A DNA stretch of 64,000 bases from a plasmid. The notes beneath the pieces were generated by a model. The model searched no databases. It was not told where the DNA came from and saw only the letters and a program-made list of their open reading frames with translations. The DNA lies in the sequence record NZ_CP137560.1. The stretch is one strand, 5' to 3'. A program made the translations under genes and the position numbers. The first letter of the stretch is position 1, and every line of letters starts with the position of its first letter. Below, one piece after another: positions 50,036 to 60,120 of the stretch.

Positions 50036-50739
50036 ATACGAATATAGCCGTAGATTATACCAGATAATCTATGGCTATATTTTTTATTTTTAAAACCAAA
50101 AATCAAAGCAAATATCTACGAATCTGTTTACCTCAAAAATGCTATCTTGTTGATATTCAATATGTTAACTTAATATTTATAGTTTTCAACAAAGCTTTTT
50201 GAAAAAAATGTATTTCACATAAAAAATTGCTATACGTCTGATTATCAGTAACTTACTACTCATGTGGTAAACGAATTCGTAGATATCAAAGATTACTTTT
50301 CATTATATTCTTGTATAAAACTACGAAACCATGTACCTAAAAATCTATAAATACCTGAGTTCTTGGACTTTAACTATTTAAGAAAAGCCAGCAAAAAAAA
50401 TAAAAAATATTCATAATATTCATGATTTAAACTCGTAACTATCTGATTTTCTGTTATTTACAAAACATAAAGTACATAGTTTCGTAGATAATAGACCGTG
50501 GCAAAATAGTTTCATGCTTGACTAGAAAATAAACAGAAAGCAATTATAATAATCTTTTTAAAAAAAATTCGAATATCTACGAAATCATTTACCATATATA
50601 TGCTAACTTGTTGTATATCAACTACTTAGAATATTAAATACTTAAAGTAAATTTCTTTTAAAAATTAGAATTAGATAGATTATTAATATTACGGACATTC
50701 TAATTGCTTGGTAATCAGATAGTTTGCTCGTTCTTTGTA

Positions 50740-50849
50740 CATGGTTTCGTAGATATAGGTACATAGTTTCGTAGATGTAGGTAAACAGTTTCGTAGTTTT
50801 AGGTACATAGTTTCGTAGTTTAAAGTAAACAGTTTCGTAGATGAAGCAA
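50740..50849 (+). repeat. Iteron cluster 1: five tandem 22-bp repeats (core AGTTTCGTAG)
   Basis: catggtttcgtagatataggta / catagtttcgtagatgtaggta / aacagtttcgtagttttaggta / catagtttcgtagtttaaagta / aacagtttcgtagatgaagcaa. Confidence 0.9.
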
Positions 50850-52090
50850 TTTTAGTTATAACAAAATTAGAAACTTTCATCATAGAGTAGGGGATTAAGA
50901 ATGTATTTTCTGTTGTGAGTCTTTTATCGTGGATCCGCACTCAGATGAATCCATTGTCTTTTACCTAATGCGGGCGTTTGGTTACTTAGCTTCAAGACAT
51001 TATAATCAAGATGGTGCGTATAGCTTGTACTATTTCTGGTCTAGTTTCCAATACCAATTGCATCTGCGGTTGGTTATATGCTCATACCGCCAGTTCAATT
51101 CCTTACGGATCAGCCCTCTATGAGGTTAAAAAGGGAGAGCTTATGATACTTCTTCTGGGTGGTAGAATGATAGTCTTTTGGAAGCAGGGTATGGCATTAC
51201 TCATCGTCATATACATCATTGCACTACACCAAGGCTATACCTATGAAAGCATCATTCCTTAGACATATCTTTACCTTGGTAATTAGTTTCTGTTGTCGGA
51301 CAAGAAAGAGGTGTATTTGGATTCTTAACAAACTCGATTTTTCTCATTAGAATTATATTGCATCAGGGCAAATAGCTTTTGGTCAATTCCTTTTATGTCA
51401 TTTTTACCATCCCAAAAAGAAGAAAAAACTACGAAAGTGTTTACTTTAATTGGTTTAAATGGTTGATTATTAGGGTATTAGCGTATATTTTTATTGCAAA
51501 AACACATCGTTTTTAGGAGTATTTAAAGTAAACTTGTTGTTTACAACTAATACATAACGTATTGATTTACAGGAATTTAGAGTATTTAAGGTAAACGGAT
51601 AAGAAATACAAGGTAAAATTCTATAATGAGCATATTTGATATCTACGAAATCATTTACCTGCTTTTTGTATCTGCTTGAAATAGTGTGAGTTACAGAGTA
51701 ACTAAAAAAAACAATAAAATCTCTATGGTTAAAGTAAAACATAGAAAAAATAGTGTAATGCGTTATATTTCAGATGTTTATAAAAACAAAGTAAATAGTT
51801 TCGTATATATATATTGTTTTTATCACGTATTGTTTTAAGGGCTCTTCTTATATTTGCAATCTATGCAAATGATTAGAATGAATACAATAGCCTTTGAACT
51901 TAAAGACTCATCCTTTCAATTCTTATCTACGAAACTATTTACCTTAAAATCTATAAGTAATTGATAATCAGACGATTATCTTGTTTCTTTAGTGAATAAA
52001 AATTATTTTTAAAGATTTAGATTACATCATTATATATATTTACATTTTGTCTAAGATATTGATATACAGATAGTTATGAGTTTTAAGGTA

Positions 52091-52200
52091 AACACTTTCG
52101 TAGATATAGGTAAATGATTTCGTAGATATAGGTACATAGTTTCGTAGATGTAGGTACATAGTTTCGTAGTTTAAAGTAAACAGTTTCGTAGATAGAGGGC
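52091..52200 (+). repeat. Iteron cluster 2: five tandem 22-bp repeats, same family and orientation as cluster 1
   Basis: aacactttcgtagatataggta / aatgatttcgtagatataggta / catagtttcgtagatgtaggta / catagtttcgtagtttaaagta / aacagtttcgtagatagagggc. Confidence 0.9.
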
Positions 52201-52601
52201 TTTGGTTTGCTATAAGAATTGTTGAGTCTAGAACTAAAGTTTTTCCTATCTTTATATCCTCATCATTTTTTATAGATGCTAATTATCATCTCATGGCTTT
52301 TTAACGTGCAAAATTATAATAGTGAAGACAGATACCAAACACCAATTCTTTATAAGTAGAGAATCTTTTTCAGCAGTCTTCCTGAATCATAGATTAAGGT
52401 ATTCTAAAAATGATTCTCTGCTGATTGTTTGGTTTTCTGTCTTTTGTCCCTAATATATTAAAAGCACGTAAAAAGGCTATGTGATGATGGTTATGCCGGA
52501 ATGAAAAAAAACTCGGATTTCAGATAAGATAAGTTCTAAAAAGGCTGTGAATCCAAAAATCCAGAATGATATTAATGTTAAACATTTAAATTGAAAAGAA
52601 C

Positions 52602-52940
52602 ATGAAAGAGAAAATTCAAATCATGATTCCTACGTGGAATATTGAAGCTATGACAGGTTACAGACCATGCACTACATTTTGGCAAGATTTCTCTATTGCT
52701 GATGTATTTGGTAAGGAAGCCGTAATGGATACTTTTCAGCGAGCATTTGAAGAGTGGAAAAACAATTATGTTTTCATTACGGAGCTTGTAATGGTTCTCA
52801 ATCACAAAATTGCTCAGTGGTATGAAAAAAATGTCGAACTAGCTAAACTCTATAACAGATATTATCATGCCGTAGCTTGTTACGCTGAGAACAACCTCAA
52901 GGGAGATAAGTTAGAATATTACTATCGGATTACTGATTAA
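52602..52940 (+). CDS. Hypothetical protein
   Basis: 112-aa ORF following the iteron region. Confidence 0.5.
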   Translation: MKEKIQIMIPTWNIEAMTGYRPCTTFWQDFSIADVFGKEAVMDTFQRAFEEWKNNYVFITELVMVLNHKIAQWYEKNVELAKLYNRYYHAVACYAENNLKGDKLEYYYRITD

Positions 52941-53041
52941 AGGAAAAAAAGGTGTACCATACTCAATATGTGGCACACCTTTTTTCCTTATTTTTAGATT
53001 ATTCTTTTAAAAAATGACCAGAGTAGCAGGATGACGGTATA

Positions 53042-56000
53042 TCATTTCATTTTGCAGTCCGGTAAAACTGCTAAGCAGCGTTTTCCTTCTACTGTTTTGA
53101 GGATGCATCCTATTGTTTTTCTTCCTATGTTGCGTAAGATAGGAACTTTATTGATAGCTATCACTTCCACATAGTGTACTCCCGAATTAGGTACGTCCAT
53201 TGGCAAGGTACCATCGCCCTGCATTTTGGATTGACCGAATCTTTCTACGTCATCGAAACGTACATAACGATTATTCTTGCCATCTATGAAACCTACACAG
53301 ACAGAGTCGGCATTGGTGGCGATGGATGCGAATATCAGTTTTTCGTCGGCATTGCGCTTAAACACTCTGCCTCTTTCTCGCTGCAAGAGTTCTTCTACCG
53401 ATACCTTGCACACCCTTCCGCTTTCGTAAACAAGAATCAGCCATCCTTCTTCTTCATCTTCATGTACAGCTAATTTCAGGCGGTAGTCTTGCCAGTCATC
53501 TTCATCGAGTACCTTGTATTCGTCGGTTCCCATTAGGCAGATGACGGCCGTTGATGGTCTCCAACCTTCCTCGTATTCGTGGAGGGCATTGTTGCGTATG
53601 CGTGAAGTCTGGATGAAATCAGTTACAGGTGCAGATTCCACAGGTTTTACGATTTCCTTTTCCGGTACAGTTTCTGGTATGAGGGAATCGGTTTTCGTAT
53701 CCTCTATATGAGGCGCAAGCTCTTGGGCTCTTTGCTGGCGGATGGCAAGGAACTTGTCACGATAGTTGTCGTTTACCTTTCGGGCCGATGTTCCCATGCG
53801 TTCAAAATACTCGTTGCCTACTGCTATTGGGGTAGGGCATGGGGCAACATCGATGATGAGCACTGCATTCTTCACGTCTTCATCGAAATGAGTATGGATG
53901 TAGTGAGCACCCGTTTGCCCCAGATAATAGACAATCTGATTATTTACATATACCTCATACTTATCGCGAGATCCTTTAAAGAGTTGATTCTTCAGATCCT
54001 CCTCCAATCCCATCTCATACCCAATGTCTGATACTCCCAAATACAGGTGTCCACCATCGGCATTGAGGAAAGCACACAATTCCTGCATGATCTTTTTAGT
54101 CTGAGCCTGAACATCTACCCGCATGGAATTCTCCGGATAGATGATAGAGGTTTTAAACTCGGTATGGAAATCTTCCTTTCCATAGTTTTTCTTATTGGAG
54201 GACGATTTCTGGAGTTTGAGAAGCGCTCTGATTTTATCCAAGATATCAACAGCTTGTGACAATAGTCCCGACTTTTTGACGAAATTATGAGAGAGAACGA
54301 GCGAGGCGAGTTGCTGCAGTTGCGGATCTTCATTGCAACAGCTCCACCGGTAAAGTTCTTCATAATGGTCTTCACAGTCGAGACAGCCGATGATGCGCAG
54401 TTGCATGAAATCGTGTCGCAGGATGGCATTTCTATCGAAGAGTTCCGGGTCTGTATCAGCGATATGCTGTATTTTGCTTGTATCCACTTTGTCTAATACG
54501 GCAAAATCGTTGAGAATCTCCAAGAGGGCCAATCGGCTGTCATAGTAGCTGATCCGCTCTTTGTTTTCCAGGATAATGGCCATCAGCCGGCAGAAATTCA
54601 GATAATTGTATGCCTTGAGATTGTCTTCTTCCAGGGTAGCTTTGGCTTCAATGATGCACATTAATTCACTCACATAGACGGGCTCAAGCGGGTGGGATGC
54701 TGCCCATTCATCTTTTTCTGCCAGCGGGTTGTATATTTCTTTTTTGCTATACCCCAGCATCAGCTGGTGAAAGGCTTCTGCTGCATTAAATCGGCTTTCA
54801 GGAGCCTCACGCACATAGGTGGCGTTCAAATAGCCATTTGTGCCTTTCGAGATATTTTCCACTTCTACGATCATTCCCTTTCTCAATTCCTCTACAGTCA
54901 TGTCCTGCGCAGGAGAGACAGAAACGGACAGACCTTCACTGCTGATGGCTGGTACTCGCCCGATATCGGCTCCACGATTATTGAGCAGGCAGGTGAGTCT
55001 GGAGTTATAGAAAATATCATTCACGCGCACCTCTTCTTCATAATCTTCAATCATTTCGCTCAAGGCAAACACGTATGTTCCATCTGGATTTATGTCTTTT
55101 ACATAGGCTCTGAGCACGAGTGGCTTGTCGAGATATTGGAAGGATTTAATGCTTACTTCGCCGGGATAGTATGGTACCACATCTTCCAGTACATTCAGAG
55201 TGCCTGTGCATTCATATCCCTCCTCAATAACTTGGCATTCGAACATGAGCTGTCCGGCTAATTGCTTAGTTATAATGATGCTTGTTTCGTCGTCTATATC
55301 GAGTTTTCTTCTCTTATTACTGCCGGATTTTCGCTTATTGGAAAAGAGTGATTGGTTGATATACATCCATAGTTGCTTGTAGTGCTCGATGGTAGTACCC
55401 ACTTTTCCTCTCAGGTTTACTGGCGGTTTCTCGTCCAGATGAATGCTGAGTCCGTGCCACAATCCCATTCTTGAAGGGAAAGGCAGATAGAGATTCTCTT
55501 TGTTGAGATTCTTCGGTTGTATGGCAATGGTTTGTTCATTGACAGTGAGAATGGTCTGTTCTCCTTCGAACTTAGCGGATTCGAAATTTTCTACCGGTTC
55601 ATTGTTTTCCTGCGAGCAGAGCATATTGGCGATGATGAATGCATCATCACAATTGAAGGGTAGGGTAGCATCAAATTCTGTTGCCGTGAAAAGTGATCGG
55701 AATGCTTTTTGCAGTGTTTTGTTAGGATCGCTCACGTTCATCAGAGATACCAGTCGGTACAGGAGTGCCTGGATGAGTTGAGAATCATATATCTTATGAG
55801 TAGAATGGTTACTGAGCATCAGTTCAGTCACCAATACCTGAATCATAGTCTCCTTTGTGGCAGGATCGCTGGTAAGTTTGTCGGTCTGCGCATAAGTAAA
55901 ATCCACGTAACTTTGTAGCAGTTTGAGCCATTGCATCTGGAATGGTGTACGTGTCCAGAGATATACTTCCTGCTTACGGAGTGTGGAAAGGATTTTGCCT

Positions 56001-56995
56001 ATCTGTTTTTCCATGATAGAGACATCAAGCATGAAAATACACTGCATGATGCAGAATTGCTTTCTTGGTTGGTAGATGTAGGCACAGTCAGCGAGTGTAG
56101 AGAGGATATGCTCGATGGTATCTTCTGCTTTTCCTTCCTTAAGAATTTGGATGGCCTGGATATAATAAGACAGCAGCTCGATAACATCTGTAAATCTTTG
56201 CTCTAATAATATGCGTTCTGCTTCTTTGCACCGGGGCAGTAGTAAGTTACTCTGCAGGGTACAGAGACAATGATAGCGTATGTTTTGGAGTAAAGCTTGA
56301 AGTTGGTTCTGGGAAATATTTTGGGAGATATTTGAAATCCAGCGATGACATTCCACATCGAACATATCAGATGGAGTATCACCCAACATCAGTTTTCTGA
56401 AATTCTCTGTATTCCAGCTGGCAATATCTGTTCCTTCTTGTTTTTTATCGTTTTCTGAATTTGTGTCTGATTCATCAGTTCCTTCCTTTTTCTGCGTATC
56501 TTCTTGCAGAATTTTCTGGTGGATGGCTTCAAATATTTCCTGCAGATCATTTTCTGAGAGTGAGAATTCTGATTTCTCAGCTCCCAGCACTTCAACGAGT
56601 TTTACCTCCATATAGTTTTGTCTGAACTTCATGATCCTGCATCTTACTCTTGGTGTAAGAGCGGCATTGATATTAGTTTCACGGTCCATCATTGCCGTAA
56701 AACCATATTGATCTTCCAACTGGTATTTGTCGGTAAGAGTCAGTTTGATTTTAAAATCCACTTCCTCATTTTCATGGTAATAGCTTCTCATGAGGAGGTC
56801 GATATTTTGCGAGATAAAGATTTTGCCACTTGACGTTGTCAGCAGCTTGCAGTCAAGGAAATCGGGTAGGGGTAGCCTCCTTTGAAATGCAAGTTGGGCT
56901 ATCTTATAAATTTTACCTTCCCATTCGATGATAAACTTGTGCTCCTCTTCATCGGAGCGCAAGACTTTTGCTTTGATGTATTTATAATTATCCAT
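53042..56995 (-). CDS. Very large protein (1317 aa) with a Schlafen/AlbA_2-like domain in the C-terminal third
   Basis: …EFKTSIIYPEN…IMQELCAFLNADGGHLYLGVSDIG… matches the AlbA_2 (Schlafen-like) core; the N-terminal 900 aa are unrecognised. Confidence 0.7.
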   Translation of the reverse strand: MDNYKYIKAKVLRSDEEEHKFIIEWEGKIYKIAQLAFQRRLPLPDFLDCKLLTTSSGKIFISQNIDLLMRSYYHENEEVDFKIKLTLTDKYQLEDQYGFTAMMDRETNINAALTPRVRCRIMKFRQNYMEVKLVEVLGAEKSEFSLSENDLQEIFEAIHQKILQEDTQKKEGTDESDTNSENDKKQEGTDIASWNTENFRKLMLGDTPSDMFDVECHRWISNISQNISQNQLQALLQNIRYHCLCTLQSNLLLPRCKEAERILLEQRFTDVIELLSYYIQAIQILKEGKAEDTIEHILSTLADCAYIYQPRKQFCIMQCIFMLDVSIMEKQIGKILSTLRKQEVYLWTRTPFQMQWLKLLQSYVDFTYAQTDKLTSDPATKETMIQVLVTELMLSNHSTHKIYDSQLIQALLYRLVSLMNVSDPNKTLQKAFRSLFTATEFDATLPFNCDDAFIIANMLCSQENNEPVENFESAKFEGEQTILTVNEQTIAIQPKNLNKENLYLPFPSRMGLWHGLSIHLDEKPPVNLRGKVGTTIEHYKQLWMYINQSLFSNKRKSGSNKRRKLDIDDETSIIITKQLAGQLMFECQVIEEGYECTGTLNVLEDVVPYYPGEVSIKSFQYLDKPLVLRAYVKDINPDGTYVFALSEMIEDYEEEVRVNDIFYNSRLTCLLNNRGADIGRVPAISSEGLSVSVSPAQDMTVEELRKGMIVEVENISKGTNGYLNATYVREAPESRFNAAEAFHQLMLGYSKKEIYNPLAEKDEWAASHPLEPVYVSELMCIIEAKATLEEDNLKAYNYLNFCRLMAIILENKERISYYDSRLALLEILNDFAVLDKVDTSKIQHIADTDPELFDRNAILRHDFMQLRIIGCLDCEDHYEELYRWSCCNEDPQLQQLASLVLSHNFVKKSGLLSQAVDILDKIRALLKLQKSSSNKKNYGKEDFHTEFKTSIIYPENSMRVDVQAQTKKIMQELCAFLNADGGHLYLGVSDIGYEMGLEEDLKNQLFKGSRDKYEVYVNNQIVYYLGQTGAHYIHTHFDEDVKNAVLIIDVAPCPTPIAVGNEYFERMGTSARKVNDNYRDKFLAIRQQRAQELAPHIEDTKTDSLIPETVPEKEIVKPVESAPVTDFIQTSRIRNNALHEYEEGWRPSTAVICLMGTDEYKVLDEDDWQDYRLKLAVHEDEEEGWLILVYESGRVCKVSVEELLQRERGRVFKRNADEKLIFASIATNADSVCVGFIDGKNNRYVRFDDVERFGQSKMQGDGTLPMDVPNSGVHYVEVIAINKVPILRNIGRKTIGCILKTVEGKRCLAVLPDCKMK

Positions 56996-57222
56996 TTTAT
57001 ATAATAATTTTAATTCGTTTTCAATTACTGCGCTAAATTACTAAAAAAAATCTGATATGTATTAAAAATGAGCGAAAAAATCATTTTTCTTCTATTGTAA
57101 TATGTTATATAGTTCCAATGGCGACGGTATGAGTGGACAGAAAAAGGAAGTAGGAGGATAATAAAGATAGTTTTCCTTCTACTTCCTTTCATGTTTATGA
57201 TTTTACGTATTTCTTGTGTACT

Positions 57223-58740
57223 TTAGAACGGCAAAGAGCCATCAGATCCGATAGGAGGTGGTGGAACCTGATTTCCTCCATTCATACGTGAACCAATGAT
57301 TTCCCCACCGCCATCAGCTGCTGCCGGTGATGAAGTTGCTGCCTCAGTAGGATCCTGGAAACGGGTAAACTCGCCACGGAAGTTGAGCAACACGTCACCC
57401 GTAGAACCCTTACGGTGCTTGGCGATAATGATCTGTGCCATACCATGAAGGTCGTTTCCCTTTTCATCCTGATAGATGTGATAATACTCCGGGCGGTGTA
57501 CGAAGAGTACCATATCGGCATCCTGCTCGATGGCTCCAGACTCACGGAGGTCACTCAGCTGTGGGCGTTTTCCTTCAAGTCCCTCACGGTTTTCTACGTT
57601 ACGGCTCAACTGAGACAAAGCCAAGACAGGAATATCCAGTTCTTTGGCAAGTCCCTTGAGAGAACGGGAAATGGTAGAGACCTCCTCCTGGCGGCTGCCG
57701 AATTTCATACCGTTGGCATTCATCAGCTGCAGGTAGTCGATCATGATAATCTTGACACCTTTTTCGCGCACCAGTCGGCGGGCCTTGGTTCTCAATTCAA
57801 ACACAGAGAGGCCCGGTGTATCGTCCACATAGATAGGAGCATCGGTCAATCTGCCGATTCTCTTGTCCAGTCGTTCCCAGTCAGAAGGGTCCAGCTGACC
57901 ATTCAGAATCTTACGTCCAGAGACCTCACATACATTACTGATAAGACGGTTGACCAGCTGGACGTTGTTCATTTCAAGAGAGAAGAAGCCGATAGGAACC
58001 CCATAGTCTACAGCCACATTCTTGGCAATACTTAGTGCAAAGGAAGTTTTACCCATGGCAGGACGTCCTGCGATAATCACCAGATCGGAAGCCTGCCATC
58101 CGGAAGTGATCTCATCCATTCCAACATAACCGGTAGGAATACCGGTAAGACCACCCTTGTTGCTGGCAGCTCGCTGCAGAATTTCCACAGCATTCTTTAC
58201 CACAGGAGCCACCTGCGTAAAGTCTTGCTTCATGTTGTTCTGAGAAATCTGGAACAAGGATCCTTCCGCCTGCTGCATCAGTTCATCCACATCCACACTG
58301 CTGTCATAGGCTTTCGTTTCTATGTCACCAGCAAAATGAATCAGCTGTCGCTGCATATATTTCTCCGCCAGGATACGGGCATGAGATTCCACATGGGCAG
58401 CAGAAGCCACCTGTGAAGAAATCTCCATCAGATAGTCCACACCACCCACTTTGTCAATTTCGCCCATCTTGGAGAGTTCATCATTCAGCGTCATAATATC
58501 CACAGGACGTTCGTCCATGTTCATATTACGGATAGCCTCGTATATCTTCTGATGGCGAGGTTCGTAGAAAGTTTCGGGTTTGAGCAGCTCCGATACCACA
58601 GAAAAGGCATCAGAGTCAACCATCAAAGCACCGAGCACCACCCTCTCGATTTCTACAGCCTGCGGCTGAACATGTGCGAAATTAGGATCAATCGGGGAAG
58701 CTCCTTTTTTTCCATTATTTCTTTGTCTATTATCTGTCAT
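57223..58740 (-). CDS. dnaB: Replicative DNA helicase DnaB
   Basis: Walker A AGRPAMGKTSFAL, H3/H4 motifs (IMIDYLQLM, LSQLSR), N-terminal DnaB domain; Gly/Pro-rich C-terminal tail. Confidence 0.9.
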   Translation of the reverse strand: MTDNRQRNNGKKGASPIDPNFAHVQPQAVEIERVVLGALMVDSDAFSVVSELLKPETFYEPRHQKIYEAIRNMNMDERPVDIMTLNDELSKMGEIDKVGGVDYLMEISSQVASAAHVESHARILAEKYMQRQLIHFAGDIETKAYDSSVDVDELMQQAEGSLFQISQNNMKQDFTQVAPVVKNAVEILQRAASNKGGLTGIPTGYVGMDEITSGWQASDLVIIAGRPAMGKTSFALSIAKNVAVDYGVPIGFFSLEMNNVQLVNRLISNVCEVSGRKILNGQLDPSDWERLDKRIGRLTDAPIYVDDTPGLSVFELRTKARRLVREKGVKIIMIDYLQLMNANGMKFGSRQEEVSTISRSLKGLAKELDIPVLALSQLSRNVENREGLEGKRPQLSDLRESGAIEQDADMVLFVHRPEYYHIYQDEKGNDLHGMAQIIIAKHRKGSTGDVLLNFRGEFTRFQDPTEAATSSPAAADGGGEIIGSRMNGGNQVPPPPIGSDGSLPF

Positions 58741-58837
58741 AATGACTTCGCTTTCTTATTTACTCTTTGTTTATTACTTTAATAAGCAAGTGCAAAGTTA
58801 CTAAAAGTTTTTGTATTGTAGGAAGTGTTTTCTTACT

Positions 58838-59266
58838 TTAACCAAACAGCCAATCGCACAGTTTATTCATTGAAGATTTACTTTTTATTCTTTCGTAGTC
58901 AGTCAGATCTATAGTAGGCGTAATATGGAAATCATTGCTCTCATTAAGTTTGTCAGCCATATCCATGAAAATCTTATCATGGTTGGCTGTATTTAAATGA
59001 TAGACTGCTGACAAGTAGTAATGAAGCATTTCATGTATCAAGATACTGAGCAGCTGATACATGGTGTATCTGTATCTCCCGCTGATTTCTATGACAATGG
59101 AATTGTCATTCTGCCCTATATACTCATATCTGAAGTTACCAATTATTGTCTTGGAGTTGTTGATTATGAATGTTGGAGTCTCAAGTGAGAAATCAAACAA
59201 TTGCATATTGTATAGATTGAAGAGATTCTCCAATATATTTGCATTAGGCGTTATTCTTTCTTCCAT
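58838..59266 (-). CDS. SprT-like HExxH zinc metallopeptidase-like protein
   Basis: LSILIHEMLHYY (HEMLH) in a 142-aa protein. Confidence 0.5.
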   Translation of the reverse strand: MEERITPNANILENLFNLYNMQLFDFSLETPTFIINNSKTIIGNFRYEYIGQNDNSIVIEISGRYRYTMYQLLSILIHEMLHYYLSAVYHLNTANHDKIFMDMADKLNESNDFHITPTIDLTDYERIKSKSSMNKLCDWLFG

Positions 59267-59507
59267 ATTTTTTTAGAAAATTGCAATAAAGTCAACCAGC
59301 AGCTTCCAAAGTATGCTGCACAGTTCGAAAAAGTCTTCATTACTTACTCCTAAAATAGGTACGAAGAATATATACGCACCAATAAACATGCTGATTGGAG
59401 TTACAATTATCATTGCAAGTATATTCAACGGTGTCATCTCCCATTCTCCGTATGAACCGTCTGACATTGGAAAAAATGTTCTCATCTGTTCTTCTATTTT
59501 TTGGTTT

Positions 59508-60119
59508 CTAAAACAGTTTTCCTTTCATAGCAGCTTTTAAAAGCTCTGCCCCTGATAGCTCTTCATCATTGTCAGCTTCCAGTTGGTCAATGTTCACTTT
59601 ATATTGCTGAGGATAGCGTTTGAATTCCTCGGCCATACGCATGATTCCCTGATAGCAGCAGTAAGCAGGTGTATTGGACCATTTAGCAGACATGGATGGT
59701 ACTGCAGGATCAAACTTTTCATCTATTACTGTAATGCCGAACATCTCTTTAATGACCTCTTTAGTGAGATTGATGAAGTAGGGGATACGTATCACCTTGA
59801 ACCCTTCGCCTTCATAGATGGCCTGGTTCTTACGGTCTTTTCTGATGTTCGCTGGATTTGTATAGTGCTGGAGTCCGTCAAACTCTATGATGATCTTTTC
59901 TTCTTCACATAGGTAGTCCGGACGGATTCGGTAGCTCTTTCCGCTGCGTTTTCCGAATGGTTTATCGTGAATCCAGGTTTTACCGGGATACAGGGTAGGT
60001 AAATATTCATCCAGTCCAATGAAATTGCATTCCGGATTCTTCTTTGCGGCATTTTCTGCCATCTCTCTGGTTTCTCTGATGTATGTACCTTTCGGATTTT
60101 TTTGAAGTTTATCATTCAT
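59508..60119 (-). CDS. Endonuclease-like protein (DUF559 / restriction-endonuclease-fold candidate)
   Basis: …KIIIEFDGLQHYTNPANIRKDRKNQAIYEGEGFKVIRIP… resembles the DUF559 / Vsr-like core; weak. Confidence 0.4.
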   Translation of the reverse strand: MNDKLQKNPKGTYIRETREMAENAAKKNPECNFIGLDEYLPTLYPGKTWIHDKPFGKRSGKSYRIRPDYLCEEEKIIIEFDGLQHYTNPANIRKDRKNQAIYEGEGFKVIRIPYFINLTKEVIKEMFGITVIDEKFDPAVPSMSAKWSNTPAYCCYQGIMRMAEEFKRYPQQYKVNIDQLEADNDEELSGAELLKAAMKGKLF

Positions 60120-60120
60120 A

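Noticed and set aside
50689-51742. 83-aa ORFs (50689-50940, 51011-51262, 51491-51742) in the iteron region
   Set aside because: They lie within repeat-dense, AT-rich, origin-like DNA, and their translations are dominated by repeat-encoded FRR/YLQ/TKL strings.
50740-52200. Tandem 22-bp AGTTTCGTAG repeats considered as a possible CRISPR array
   Set aside because: The units abut with no unique spacers, are only 22 bp, are AT-rich with degenerate flanks, and occur as dispersed single copies in both orientations. No cas genes are present. This is the iteron pattern, not repeat-spacer architecture.
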